A DNA stretch of 64,000 bases. It comes from an uncultured delta proteobacterium. Its GTDB lineage: Bacteria > Desulfobacterota > Desulfomonilia > Desulfomonilales > Desulfomonilaceae. Shown here piece after piece: positions 32,912 to 43,607 of this stretch. The notes beneath the pieces are model-generated. The model searched no databases, was not told where the DNA came from, and worked only from the letters and a program-made list of their open reading frames with translations. The translations under genes and the position numbers were made by a program. How positions within the stretch are numbered: the first letter of the stretch is position 1; each line of letters opens with the position of its first letter. Where the stretch lies: assembly GCA_963789265.1 (NCBI GenBank), contig CAWBKB010000001.1, positions 1,184,001-1,248,000 of the forward strand, read 5' to 3'.

Positions 32912-33514
32912 TCACCTTTCCCGCTCCTGACCCCACTTGAACGGATGTGATGTATTGCCGGTTCCATGATCGGTTGTCTGAGGTGCCGGACGACTTATTG
33001 CCCGTGGCGGCTTCAGGCTATTGGCGTTAGAAAGCGACTGACCGGCTTCAGGGGGAGGGGAAGTGATGCTCGCGGGAATCCCCGTGCGGTTAGTACTGGG
33101 TGACCGGGAAACGCTGAGTTCAGAAGCCTGTGGTCTGCTCTCCTTCAGTCGAGGCTTCGGAGCTATCGAAGCGGCGGGTCTGCTCTCTCTCAGCCGTGGC
33201 ACCGGGGCCATCGAGGACGCGGGCCTGCTTGCGCGACGCCGCAGTCGGATTTTGTGTGGATAGGGTGCGGGCTGCCCGCAGTTGAGGCACGGCCCCACAT
33301 CATGGCTGGGAATAGGTGGGTTGGGCGACTCATACTGCGGTAGGAAATCCATCGGGCCGAAACAGTAGCCGCAGCAGCAATCGTCAGGCGGGAAATAGTA
33401 AGGTGCGAAGTATACCCAGGGCCCGAATCTTGGCTCCGGGTACGACGCGGATTGTGCAGGAACCGCATAAACTATCATGAAAACGCATAGTAAAAGGATT
33501 TTACTTGTCCTCAT
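32912..33514 (-). CDS. Exported Pro/Cys-rich hypothetical protein
   Basis: Signal peptide; consensus promoter upstream; internal repeat RPA.S.AP.PRL.ES. Confidence 0.6.
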   Translation of the reverse strand: MRTSKILLLCVFMIVYAVPAQSASYPEPRFGPWVYFAPYYFPPDDCCCGYCFGPMDFLPQYESPNPPIPSHDVGPCLNCGQPAPYPHKIRLRRRASRPASSMAPVPRLRESRPAASIAPKPRLKESRPQASELSVSRSPSTNRTGIPASITSPPPEAGQSLSNANSLKPPRAISRPAPQTTDHGTGNTSHPFKWGQERER

Positions 33515-33568
33515 AAGCGTATCCTTACTTTATATACCGAAATACTTGTAAAAAATAACTACAGCTTT

Positions 33569-33598
33569 ATTATATCAATTATATCTTGACATTGTCAA
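33569..33598 (-). promoter_or_regulatory. Consensus sigma70 promoter TTGACA-N18-TATAAT with extended -10 TG
   Basis: Reverse complement of ATTATA (33569) and TGTCAA (33593). Confidence 0.7.
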
Positions 33599-33789
33599 CG
33601 TTTTATTAACAAAGTAAGTATCTATTTAAGTATCCATTCGCCCACGCGAGGATCCAGCCTGTAGAGGCACGGCATGGCGGCTGTCTCTAAAGTGCAGGCC
33701 GAGTCGAGATCGTGACACGAAAGTGGCGAGAGTTCTGGTTCCCAATCTCGCGTGTCACGGGACTGGGAACGAGAAAATGTTTTTTCCTC

Positions 33790-33956
33790 GTAACCATTCA
33801 TTTACCGGCGGGAAAATGTCATTGCGAGGAGCAAAGCGACGAAGCAATCTCGGTTTTGGACGCTCTCCAGAAAAGAGATTGCTTTCCCGCGTTCCGCTGG
33901 ACTCGCAATGACACCGGTCGGAACAGATCGATGCCCCCAAATAACTGAAAGGATGC
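33790..33956. mobile_element. MITE family 1 copy with GTCATTGCGAG-type REP cargo
   Basis: GTAACCATTCA left end; perfect 8-bp duplication TTTTCCTC. Confidence 0.8.
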
Positions 33957-34072
33957 TTTTCCTCGCTTTTGAAGCTTGACTCACGGGGAGATATTATGAT
34001 TTAGTAAATAATTTATGAGCACAAGTTCGGACGTCGGAAGTCGTCCGGTGTCCCGTTTCCCAAGGGGTTCCA

Positions 34073-36157
34073 ATGAAGCAGTACAAAACCGAGGACGTGC
34101 GTAATGTTGCGGTCGTTTCCCACGCCGGTTCAGGGAAGACGACACTGTGTGAAGCCATGCTCTTTGATGCCGGAGCAGTTGATCGTCTGGCCAAGGTCAC
34201 CGACGGGTCTTCAAATTTCGATTTCGAACCTGAAGAGGTGAAGCGAGGTCTCACGATAAGTACTGCACTGTTCACGGCTGAATGGAAGAAAAAAAAGATC
34301 AACATCCTGGACACTCCCGGTGACCCGAATTTTGCCGCTGAGGTAACTGCTGCACTGCAGGCAGCAGACATAGCCATCCTGGCGGTGGATGCAGTGGATG
34401 CGGTCAAACCGCTGACCGAAAAAGTATGGGCAGGGATTGAGGCCGCCGGCTGTCCCAGGCTCCTTGTCATAACTAAGATGGACAGAGACAGAGCTGACTT
34501 CGATAATGTGGTCAACAACGTCAAAGAGACTTTCAAAGTAAAGCCTCTAGTTTTACAGGTTCCTATTGGTAGGGAAAGCGCGTTCCAAGGAGTAATCGAC
34601 CTGCTTTCCATGAAAGCTGTGACGTTCGATGGAGATGGCAGGAACCCATCCAAAGTCGATATCCCGGACGAGTTGAAAGATGAAGCCGGATCAAGGCGCG
34701 AAGTCCTCATCGAAGACCTCGCCGAGGTTGATGACGCGCTTATGGAACGCTATCTGGAAGGGGACGAACTTGGGCCGGAAGAACTTGCAGCGGCTCTTCG
34801 AGAGGGGATACTCCGCAGAGTCTTTTTGCCGGTGCTCGCATGTTCCGGGTCTTTGAACAAGGGCATCCAACCGGTTCTGGACATTATAGCCGATGCGTGC
34901 CCTTCGCCCGCGGAAATGCCGGCCGTCGTCGGAATCACTCCAGCGGGTGAGGAAGCGTCGCGGGCTCCATCGCCTGACGAACCCTTCTGCGGGTACGTGT
35001 TCAAAACTCTCGCCGACCCCTACGCCGGAAGGCTCTCCCTCTTTCGTATTTTCTCCGGAACACTTACTGCTGATTCGAACTTCCTCAATGCAAGCCGAGG
35101 AGTCAAAGAGAGATTCGGCCAACTTCTAACTGTTCAGGGGAAGCACCAGAAACCGCTGGAATCGGCTCAAGCAGGAGACATTGTGGCGGTGGCGAAACTG
35201 AAAGAGACACTTAGCGGGGACACGCTGACGGACGAAAAAGCTCCGATAAAGATCCCGGTTGTCGCCCTTCCTCAAGCAGTTATATCCTTTGCCATAGAGC
35301 CCAAAGCGAAAGGGGATGAAGAAAAGATCACCCAGAGCCTTGCCAAGCTCGTGGAGGAAGACCCCACTCTAACCATAAGCAGAGATCCTCGGACTAATGA
35401 GTTTCTTATCTCAGGAATGGGGCAGGTGCATATTGAGGTAGTTGTAGAAAAACTGAAGCGAAAATTCGGTGTGGATGTAAACCTCAATACTCCGAAGATT
35501 CCTTATAAGGAGACAATCAAGGGGAAGGCCAAGGTCGAAGGCAAACTCAAGAAGCAGACCGGTGGCCGGGGTCAATTCGCCGTGGCCTGGCTTGAGCTAG
35601 AACCGCTCGGCCGCGGCCAGGGCTTTGAGTTTGTGGACAAAATAGTGGGTGGCGTCATTCCTCGCCAGTACATCCCGGCTGTGGAAAAAGGGGTGATCGA
35701 GGCCATGCAAGGGGGCGCATTGGCCGGGTATCCTGTCATTGATGTCAGAGTGACGGTCTTTGACGGGAAGTACCATGATGTGGATTCCTCGGAGCAAGCG
35801 TTCAAGATTGCCGCATCCAAAGGATTCAAGAAGGGCGTGCTTCAATCCACTCCGGTGCTGTTGGAACCCATCATGAACATGGAGATCATCGTGCCTGAAG
35901 ACTGCATGGGCGACGTGATGGGGGACTTAAATCCGCGGCGGGGCCGAATCAGCGGCATGGACGCGAGAGGAGGCAGCCAGGTTATCAAGGCCCAGGTGCC
36001 GATGTCTGAAGTTCTGAAGTACGCTTCGGATCTGACGTCCATGACTTCGGGGCGTGGCATCTTTTCGATGGAATTTTCGCATTACGAAGAGGTTCCCGCA
36101 CACATCACAGAGAAGATAGTGGAAGCCTCCGGCAAGACAGCGGAAGAAGAGGACTGA
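34073..36157 (+). CDS. fusA: Elongation factor G paralogue (EF-G2-like)
   Basis: SHAGSGKTT, RGLTI, DTPG, TKMDR, KKQTGGRGQFA, YHDVDSSE; outside the str operon. Confidence 0.88.
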   Translation: MKQYKTEDVRNVAVVSHAGSGKTTLCEAMLFDAGAVDRLAKVTDGSSNFDFEPEEVKRGLTISTALFTAEWKKKKINILDTPGDPNFAAEVTAALQAADIAILAVDAVDAVKPLTEKVWAGIEAAGCPRLLVITKMDRDRADFDNVVNNVKETFKVKPLVLQVPIGRESAFQGVIDLLSMKAVTFDGDGRNPSKVDIPDELKDEAGSRREVLIEDLAEVDDALMERYLEGDELGPEELAAALREGILRRVFLPVLACSGSLNKGIQPVLDIIADACPSPAEMPAVVGITPAGEEASRAPSPDEPFCGYVFKTLADPYAGRLSLFRIFSGTLTADSNFLNASRGVKERFGQLLTVQGKHQKPLESAQAGDIVAVAKLKETLSGDTLTDEKAPIKIPVVALPQAVISFAIEPKAKGDEEKITQSLAKLVEEDPTLTISRDPRTNEFLISGMGQVHIEVVVEKLKRKFGVDVNLNTPKIPYKETIKGKAKVEGKLKKQTGGRGQFAVAWLELEPLGRGQGFEFVDKIVGGVIPRQYIPAVEKGVIEAMQGGALAGYPVIDVRVTVFDGKYHDVDSSEQAFKIAASKGFKKGVLQSTPVLLEPIMNMEIIVPEDCMGDVMGDLNPRRGRISGMDARGGSQVIKAQVPMSEVLKYASDLTSMTSGRGIFSMEFSHYEEVPAHITEKIVEASGKTAEEED

Positions 36158-36266
36158 GAAAAGTGTAAGGGCCGAGGGACGTGAAGCAAGTAGAGCCGGG
36201 GAACACTTTTCTACACAAAAGATTATGCCTTTAGCTCCGTTTGAGGATACGAGGGGCGACGAATAT

Positions 36267-36399
36267 GTCATTGCGAGGGCTCTAGCCCGAAGCAATCTCA
36301 TCTTCGGTAGGACCGGCATCTTGCCGGTCATTCTAATAGACAGGCTGGAGCCTGTCCCACCAATGGAGATTGCTTCGTCGTTTCACTCCTCGCAATGAC
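36267..36399. repeat. Composite REP element
   Basis: Same family as 10366..10499. Confidence 0.8.
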
Positions 36400-36537
36400 A
36401 ATACTGGACGACCGCATCCTGAAACAAAGCTTGCGCGCCACAATTCCACAAAATCAGCAAAGTCTGCGGAGCAAAGGAAACAGTCTATTACACAAAAAAG
36501 GGTTCCCTGGTAACTTTCCTAGAAATCGAGGTATTGA

Positions 36538-36975
36538 ATGTCTGTAGGAACTATAGTAGCGGTATGCACGAGCAAGAAGAAGGGGACGCCTAAAGCTGAT
36601 GCGGGATCCGGCCTCCTGGAAGAGGGGTTTGGGCTGAAAGGCGATGCTCACGGCGGCGACTGGCACCGGCAGGTTTCTTTGCTTTCCATTGAACAGATCG
36701 AGACCATGAAAGCCAAAGGGCTTGACGTCAAACCCGGGAGCTTTGCGGAGAATTTCACGACGAGCGGCTTTGACCTAGCGTCAGTCAAAGTTGGGGATCG
36801 ATTAAAAATAGGTGAAGAGGCCCTGATAGAGGTCACGCAGATTGGAAAGGAATGTCACACTCGCTGCGCGATCTACAATAAAATAGGGGAATGCATCATG
36901 CCGGAGCAGGGGGTTTTTGCCAAGGTGATCAACGGCGGGACTGTGAGGCGCGGTGATTCTATCGGTTTTGCCTGA
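36538..36975 (+). CDS. MOSC domain protein
   Basis: GLKGDAHGGDWHRQVSLL, FAENFTT, QIGKECHTRC, GVFAKV. Confidence 0.88.
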   Translation: MSVGTIVAVCTSKKKGTPKADAGSGLLEEGFGLKGDAHGGDWHRQVSLLSIEQIETMKAKGLDVKPGSFAENFTTSGFDLASVKVGDRLKIGEEALIEVTQIGKECHTRCAIYNKIGECIMPEQGVFAKVINGGTVRRGDSIGFA

Positions 36976-37054
36976 CGAAGAAGATCTTCCCGAATTGCCG
37001 CCCGGACAACGGGGTTGACACATTTGCCGTCCTTGTAGTATATGTTTCGATGAT

Positions 37055-37129
<75 letters not shown>

Positions 37130-37246
37130 CTAACTGACTAATATCATTAAGAGCGACCCCCGAAAAAGTGAGCAGCAAATGGGCAGCTACTTTGACGGGG
37201 GTTCTTGGTATCGGACCGGCCGAACTAGTCACTTTAGCTCAGAATA

Positions 37247-38131
37247 TTAAGGCCGGGTTCGCTTATTGGCTCGAAGAGCATTCTTCAGTATAGTCACCCA
37301 CTGCCAAACATCCAGGCCGATCAGGATTGAGGCTCGGTGTATCGGCCCCATGTCCGCAAAATGGATCTTTCGATAGAACAGCTTTGTTGACTTGAACATT
37401 TCCCGGATCATGGCGGAACTTTTCTGGTTCCCGCTCTGCCCTTTCAAGTGAACAGTAGTTGCTTCGGGGTGGTAAACAATTTTCCAGCCGGCCTTCCCGA
37501 AACGATAGCACCAGTCCAGGTCTTCGCAGTACATGAAGTAGTCCTCATCTAGGAGGCCGACTTCCTCAACGGCTTCACGTCGCGCGAACATAAAAGCTCC
37601 GTTGATTGCATCCACCGGACAGGTTTCATGGTCGTCCAAGTACGTGAGATTGTATCTAGCCAGCAGGCGGCTGTTGGGAAACCAGTGGCTCAGGCCGGAC
37701 GCGCGGCAAAAGCCGTCCCACAATGATGGAAATGCACGGCGACAGGCGAGGTCGAGCGATCCATCGCCGGTGACGAGCCTGCAAGAGACCATGCCCACAT
37801 CTTTTTGCCGGTTCATAAAGCTGACCATTTTAGACAATACATCCGGTTCAACGACGGTATCCGGATTCAGGAGAAGAATGTACCTGCCGGTGCACAGTCG
37901 GATCGCCTGATTATTGGCCCGGCTGAATCCGGCGTTAGTCTTATTCGCCAGGACCCTGCATTGCGGGAACTCTCGCCGTATTGCATCAACTGTTCCGTCG
38001 ATGGACGCGTTGTCCACGACGAAACCTTCAACTTCGACATCTCCTGTAGAAGAATATACGGAGCGAAGGCAATTAATCAGTATATTCCTAGTGTTATAAC
38101 TCACTATAATAACGGAGATTCTAGTCATCAC
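37247..38131 (-). CDS. GT2 glycosyltransferase (WbbL/rhamnosyltransferase-like)
   Basis: ISVIIVSYN, VDNASIDGT, LLLNPD, FMYCEDLDWC. Confidence 0.9.
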   Translation of the reverse strand: MMTRISVIIVSYNTRNILINCLRSVYSSTGDVEVEGFVVDNASIDGTVDAIRREFPQCRVLANKTNAGFSRANNQAIRLCTGRYILLLNPDTVVEPDVLSKMVSFMNRQKDVGMVSCRLVTGDGSLDLACRRAFPSLWDGFCRASGLSHWFPNSRLLARYNLTYLDDHETCPVDAINGAFMFARREAVEEVGLLDEDYFMYCEDLDWCYRFGKAGWKIVYHPEATTVHLKGQSGNQKSSAMIREMFKSTKLFYRKIHFADMGPIHRASILIGLDVWQWVTILKNALRANKRTRP

Positions 38132-38132
38132 T

Positions 38133-39323
38133 CTATTTGGCTGGCCTCCGAGAGGACAAAAGCTCTTCTATGATTTTCTTGTGTTCAGGCCACAGTCGGT
38201 CGCGAGTGAACCGTGCGGCCCGTTCTTTACCTCGTCTGACCAATTCGTTAGCAAGTTCTTGGTCCCTCAGAATACGAACGACTGCCGCACCAAGCTCCTT
38301 GGGATTGCCGGGCGTATGGAGTAATGCCGCCGGCGGGTTTCCCACAATTTCAAGTGGTCCGCCAATTGCCGGGGCAACTAGAGGCGTACCGTACCACAGC
38401 GCCTCAAGCACGGTAAACCCAAAAGCTTCCGGTACGGTAGAGCAGCAAACAACGGTGCTGGCGGCCCGCACAAGCGAGCCCAGGTCTTCCGCGTGCCCCG
38501 CGAAAAATACTCTTTCTGACAGGCCGGCCTTGTGGATTCGAGCACGGAGTTGCTCGGGATATTTTTCCCGGCCCCTACCCTTTACTACGTCACCCACAAA
38601 AAGAATGGTTGCCTCGGGAAGCTCCTTCAGGATCTTCGGGGCGGCCTCCACCAGGACGTGCTGCCCTTTCAGGGGCTCCATACGAGCCGGCATGAGCACA
38701 ACCCGGGCAGATGTATCAATGCCGAAACGTTTGAATGGATTGGCGCCGCCATTATGCGTGCCGGGGCCTATGTTGTCCTCGTGCCAGTCGTACACGGTAA
38801 GAACTCGATCTTGAAAACGTGGCAAATCACTGAAATCTGCACGTCGAACTGCTTCGGATACGCATAGCACCCTATCCGAGGCCCAGGCAAGCAAGGTCAT
38901 GTACTGACGTCGAATCCATGCGGGGAGCCTGAAAACAAAGCGCATGCGCATGAATCGTGGCAAGCCGAGAAAGCGTCCTGCCAGCATAGCAGGCAATTCA
39001 TTAAAATCGTTGGCAACCACCAGATCGGCCCTCTCGCGGGAGAACAGTCGTACCAGGCGCACCGTAGTTACAAAGAGAGCCAGCACCCATTTGGGATAAA
39101 AGAACGGGTTTAGAGAGCGAGAGAGGCGAGGCATGGGGACCTGATGAACCGTGACATTCTCTCTTTCATATCGTTCACTGATAAGATTGTCTCGCGAAAT
39201 CACTACCACAGGATCGTAACCTTCGTCCCTGCAAGCACGCACAACGCGCCACATGGCGACATCCGATCCGCCCACGTCGTCGTTGTTGCTGTGTACAAAC
39301 GCAATCTTAGGCATATAACGCAT
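38133..39323 (-). CDS. GT4 glycosyltransferase
   Basis: ARMEPLKGQ, EAFGFTVLEA...G.P.VA...GG. Confidence 0.88.
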   Translation of the reverse strand: MRYMPKIAFVHSNNDDVGGSDVAMWRVVRACRDEGYDPVVVISRDNLISERYERENVTVHQVPMPRLSRSLNPFFYPKWVLALFVTTVRLVRLFSRERADLVVANDFNELPAMLAGRFLGLPRFMRMRFVFRLPAWIRRQYMTLLAWASDRVLCVSEAVRRADFSDLPRFQDRVLTVYDWHEDNIGPGTHNGGANPFKRFGIDTSARVVLMPARMEPLKGQHVLVEAAPKILKELPEATILFVGDVVKGRGREKYPEQLRARIHKAGLSERVFFAGHAEDLGSLVRAASTVVCCSTVPEAFGFTVLEALWYGTPLVAPAIGGPLEIVGNPPAALLHTPGNPKELGAAVVRILRDQELANELVRRGKERAARFTRDRLWPEHKKIIEELLSSRRPAK

Positions 39324-39372
39324 GTACCGGGGATCTAGGGTTTGGGAAGCCCCTACGACCCTCGTCTTCTCC

Positions 39373-40284
39373 TCACATCCTGGTCCACACGGGTGGTCGC
39401 CCGGTTAGTTGACGGTAGAAATCACCGATTCGACAGAACGCCTCGTGTCCCACGCATCGCTGGATTGAGTATCTGGCCAATGCCTTCGTAAACACCCAAA
39501 GCCAGGCTGGAGGATGAACCGGGAAACCGTTCAGCTTTCTGGCGCGAGCTTCTTCCATTGGAACATGAAGCGCTTCAGCCGGCTTCGAACTGGCCCCACC
39601 CAACTGAATCGCAGCCACGATTATATCTGCCATAAACCTAGCGGGCCGATCTTTCAACTCACGAAGCAGCATCTCGTAATCGCCCGACACGCGAAAGGAC
39701 TCGTCGAAGCCGCCGCGACTTTCGAAAAGAGAGCGCTTATGGAATATACCCTGATGACAGATCGGCATTACTTTGTGGAGCTTGCGCCTCGTTAGCTCAT
39801 AGTTTTCACCTTGAATGGCCAGCACCTGACCGGTACGCGACACTATTGCCACTTTACCGTAGACGATCCTTATCTCGGGTTCACAAGTCATCAGATTCTC
39901 GGCTACACGGCTCAAGACCTCGAGGTCCATAAGATAGTCGTCCGCCCCCAGGAAGTAGATCCACTCGCCCCCGGCATGGGCGATCCCTTTGTTAAAGGCG
40001 TGGTAAATTCCGCGATCGGGACAGGATTCCCAGTAAGATAGTTGACCAGCGTTCGTCTGCAGAATATCTACAGTGCCGTCGGTAGAGCCACCGTCGATAA
40101 TGATGAGTTCCTTGCGTGGATATGTCTGGTTGGCAACGCTGTCAATACAGCGTTGTAGCGTAGCCTCCCGATTGTATACCGCCACGATTGTCGAAATTTG
40201 CGGTTGCAAGAGCATGAAAGGCCGCCTCGCTACTTCGAAGGAAATTCGATTGGCGCAGGACCAATTACTGGTTTTCGCAAACAC
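39373..40284 (-). CDS. GT2 glycosyltransferase (WcaE-like); start probably 40215
   Basis: IDGGSTDGT, DRGIYHAFNKG, FLGADD, CHQGIF. Confidence 0.88.
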   Translation of the reverse strand: MFAKTSNWSCANRISFEVARRPFMLLQPQISTIVAVYNREATLQRCIDSVANQTYPRKELIIIDGGSTDGTVDILQTNAGQLSYWESCPDRGIYHAFNKGIAHAGGEWIYFLGADDYLMDLEVLSRVAENLMTCEPEIRIVYGKVAIVSRTGQVLAIQGENYELTRRKLHKVMPICHQGIFHKRSLFESRGGFDESFRVSGDYEMLLRELKDRPARFMADIIVAAIQLGGASSKPAEALHVPMEEARARKLNGFPVHPPAWLWVFTKALARYSIQRCVGHEAFCRIGDFYRQLTGRPPVWTRM

Positions 40285-40365
40285 CGTCGCGTATTCAGAA
40301 CCCTCTTTCGGTGGGACCGGCCTCCCCCGCGGGACGCGGGGACAATTACGGTCCGCCGGCAGGGA

Positions 40366-40575
40366 GAAAGTGTCTCAAAACTAATTTGATGCCCAGAATC
40401 GTGCCACGATTAAGCCTGGTCAGCATTTTCGGTGCCCTCACCCCAGCCCTCTCCCAGAGGGAGAGGGAGCTGATCCAAGGGCTCTATTAGCGTCCCCTCG
40501 CCCTTTGGGAGAGGGTTAGGGTGAGGGAATTTCGTGTTACGATTGCGTCCAGTTCAAGAATTTTGAGACAGTTTC
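40366..40575. mobile_element. MITE family 2 inserted into a REP
   Basis: GAAAGTGTCTCAAAA...TTTTGAGACAGTTTC; 4-bp duplication GGGA; inverted homolog of 15420..15582. Confidence 0.82.
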
Positions 40576-40797
40576 GGGACGCGGGCGCTACCGTACAATT
40601 GGCACTGTACTTGTGAAACTCTGAACTAAGTCCTTAAAAAGTTAACCGTAGCACAAACCCCTCCAAAAGTCATTTAAGAGACGAGTCCCAGGGGCTCGGG
40701 AAAAGGGCCGATTCTTGACTGGATTGTCTCATCGTGTTATTTGTAGGCTGCTTATCGTCTGACGAGAACGCGTTGATACAATTTGGAAAGTTTCCTG

Positions 40798-41881
40798 ATG
40801 AATTTGGCTTCGGATAAACGAGCACTTGTAACAGGAGTCACTGGTCAAGACGGTGCCTATCTCTTAGAGTTCCTGCTCAAGAAGGGGTACCAGGTCTGTG
40901 GAGTCAAACGGCGTGCATCTCTGATCAATACCCAGCGGATTGATGGATTATACCAGGATCCTCATGTAGATGATCGGCATCTTATTCTCGAATACGGCGA
41001 TATGACCGATTCCACCAATCTTATTCGCATAATCCAACAGTTTCAGCCGACCGAAATCTACAATCTTGCCGCACAGAGTCATGTGAAGGTATCATTTGAG
41101 ACTGCCGAATATACCGCAAATGCGGATGCGTTAGGAACATTGCGTCTCTTGGAAGCTATCCGCATTCTGGACCTCGGGAAGAGGGTTCGCTTTTACCAGG
41201 CCTCAACGAGCGAACTCTTCGGCCTCGTGCAAGAGAGCCCTCAGCGAGAAACCACGCCATTTTATCCAAGAAGCCCATACGCGGTGGCGAAACTGTACGG
41301 ATACTGGATAGCTCGTAACTACAGAGAAGCTTACGGTTTCTTTACCTGCAATGGAATACTTTTCAATCACGAATCTCCCATGCGCGGGGAGACCTTTGTA
41401 ACCCGAAAGATCACCCGTGCGGTGGCTCGCATCAAGCTCGAAATGCAAGACAGCCTCTACCTCGGAAATCTGAACGCTCGACGCGACTGGGGATATGCCG
41501 CGGACTATGTCGAGGCTATGTGGCTTATCGTACAGCATCATGAACCGGACGATTTCGTTGTGGCTACCGGAGAAAACCATTCTGTCAGGGAATTTGTGGA
41601 ACGTGCCTTCAAGGAAGTCGGGATCAAGATTGCCTGGCAGGGGGAGGGGATAGACGAAAAAGGCATTGACGCGGGAAACCGGCCGCACACTAGTGGCTGT
41701 AGATCCCCGATACTTCCGTCCCACCGAGGTGAATGAATTGCTCGGAGACGCGACAAAAGCCCGAGATGTGCTTGGCTGGAAACCAAGGGTCACTTTCTCC
41801 GAGCTTGTCAGACGTATGGTAGTGGCTGATCTCCGAGAGGCCGAAAAGGAACAGCTCTGTCGAACTGCGGGCTTCCAATAA
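40798..41881 (+). CDS. gmd: GDP-mannose 4,6-dehydratase (extra G near 41673)
   Basis: [35 protein letters not shown]-terminus [11 protein letters not shown] in the shifted frame. Confidence 0.92.
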
Positions 41882-42828
41882 TGATACTCAGCAAGCCTTC
41901 ACTTAGAATCTATGTGGCCGGTCACACGGGGATGGTAGGATCCGCCATTTGCAGACGCCTCGCCCGGTCCGGCTACTCGGTCATGAAACCTGCCTCCCGG
42001 GTGGATCTGTGCGATCAGCAGGCTACTCAGAAGTTGCTCGGCGAATTGAAGCCCGACTGGATATTTTTGGCCGCGGCCAAGGTCGGAGGCATTCATGCCA
42101 ACAATACGTACCCGGCTCAATTCATCTATCAAAACCTGACCATTCAAACCAATGTCATTCATGCGGCATACGTGAACAAGGTCAAGAAGCTCCTTTTCCT
42201 CGGCAGTTCGTGCATCTACCCCAAGCTGGCACCGCAGCCCATCAAGGAAGAATATCTGTTGAGCGGTTACCTGGAGCCCACCAACGAAGCGTATTCGATT
42301 GCCAAGATAGCCGGCATCATCATGTGCCAATCATATAACAGGGAGTACGGAACAAATTTCATTTCCCTAATGCCGACCAACTTGTACGGCCCGGGAGACA
42401 ATTTCGATCTGCAGAACGCCCATGTCATCCCCGCATTACTTCGGAAGACCCATGAGGCTCACGAATCGGGAGCGGAATACGTGGAGATCTGGGGGAGCGG
42501 CAGGCCGCGTCGGGAGTTCCTGCATGTGGATGATCTCGCAGATGCCTGTGTGTTCATGATGGAAAATTATGATTCGCATGAAATTGTCAACATAGGAGCC
42601 GGTATTGACATTACTATCCACGATCTGGCTCTGCTTATTAAGGACGTAGTTGGGTACAAGGGAGATATCCGGTTCAACTCAAATATGCCCGACGGCACTC
42701 CACAAAAGCTTCTTAATGTGAGCCGAATATCTGAACTCGGTTGGAAGCCCTCAATACCATTGAGAGAAGGACTGGGGGCCACGTACAGGTGGTTCATTGC
42801 TAATCGGCAAAGTGTGCGGGAAATTTGA
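41881..42828 (+). CDS. fcl: GDP-L-fucose synthase
   Basis: AGHTGMVGSA, AAAKVGGI, GSSCIYP, YSIAK, MPTNLYGPGDNF. Confidence 0.93.
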   Translation: MILSKPSLRIYVAGHTGMVGSAICRRLARSGYSVMKPASRVDLCDQQATQKLLGELKPDWIFLAAAKVGGIHANNTYPAQFIYQNLTIQTNVIHAAYVNKVKKLLFLGSSCIYPKLAPQPIKEEYLLSGYLEPTNEAYSIAKIAGIIMCQSYNREYGTNFISLMPTNLYGPGDNFDLQNAHVIPALLRKTHEAHESGAEYVEIWGSGRPRREFLHVDDLADACVFMMENYDSHEIVNIGAGIDITIHDLALLIKDVVGYKGDIRFNSNMPDGTPQKLLNVSRISELGWKPSIPLREGLGATYRWFIANRQSVREI

Positions 42829-43020
42829 CATCAACGCGGGAATGCCTTTGCATTGAGCAAAATAGGGATTCCACCCATAGGCGTTAAAATAACGAACCTA
42901 TGCCCTCTAACCCCCCTTTAGTAAAGGAGGGAAGGGGGGATTTTGAATGCGAATTGGTTTGAGTCACCGGTGGGCAGTTCAGGCGACGGTGTCGTCTTCG
43001 GCCGTATGGAGGTGGTCACC

Positions 43021-43287
43021 ATGCAGAAAGAGGTTACATGTTGCGATTCTTGTGAGAAGATCCTCACCCGAGGCGGTATCAGGATGCATACCGGGACAGA
43101 TGGAGAAACGGTTGACTTCTGCCCTGATTGCATTGCTGCACTTCTACCCGATTACGCCGCTCGAACAAAGACCAGCTTCTTGACAGTTCAGATCTCGCGA
43201 AACGATTACGTAGTTCTTGCGGCAAAAGGCCGGGAAGACCAGGCATCGGAAGATGACGCCGAAAACGGAGGAGAAGGGGTTGCCTAG
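43021..43287 (+). CDS. Small zinc-ribbon-like hypothetical protein
   Basis: GGAGGT RBS; CDSC...CPDC. Confidence 0.55.
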   Translation: MQKEVTCCDSCEKILTRGGIRMHTGTDGETVDFCPDCIAALLPDYAARTKTSFLTVQISRNDYVVLAAKGREDQASEDDAENGGEGVA

Positions 43288-43311
43288 CCAAGCTCAGGGG
43301 GGCCTTACGGC

Positions 43312-43343
43312 AAAAAAAAAGCAATCCAAGTAGGAGGATTGCT
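43312..43343 (-). terminator. Intrinsic terminator (minus strand)
   Basis: 7-8 bp stem, 8-nt loop, then T9 on the minus strand. Confidence 0.8.
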
Positions 43344-43373
43344 AAAGGGTATGGTTTAGGAGTCGTTGTTGCC
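43312..43373 (-). ncRNA. Candidate sigma54-dependent small RNA (~62 nt)
   Basis: Predicted +1 at 43373 from the -24/-12 promoter; ends in a GCAATCC/GGATTGC hairpin plus 9 U. Confidence 0.6.
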
Positions 43374-43383
43374 TATTGTTGTT

Positions 43384-43399
43384 AGCAACTACCGTGCCA
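43384..43399 (-). promoter_or_regulatory. Sigma54 promoter TGGCACG-GTAG-TTGCT
   Basis: Exact TGGCACG-N4-TTGC consensus. Confidence 0.75.
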
Positions 43400-43607
43400 A
43401 GGCATAGAACATGCTGTTATTGTTGGGTCTGCCGGCAAATCAGGGCTTGCCGCGAGTCTGCTGGATGGTTAATTATTTCTCACCTTACAGGCAGGTTTCT
43501 CCTGCAGTGCGCAAAGTTTTCCCAGGTTGCCCCCGTACCGGGTAACCGAAGTGTTGCTTGCCAAAGCAAACAATTCACGGAGGTTGCGAACACGATGAGA
43601 ATGCAGT

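Noticed and set aside
33586..33598. FNR/CRP site TTGAC-ATT-GTCAA
   Set aside because: The spacer is 3 nt rather than 4; better explained as a -35 element.
40600..40615. Sigma54 promoter TGGCACTGTACTTGT upstream of gmd
   Set aside because: The -12 element is GT rather than GC, and the site abuts a repeat.
37130..42828. Genomic island integrated at tRNA-Gly
   Set aside because: No integrase and no duplicated tRNA 3' end seen in the window.
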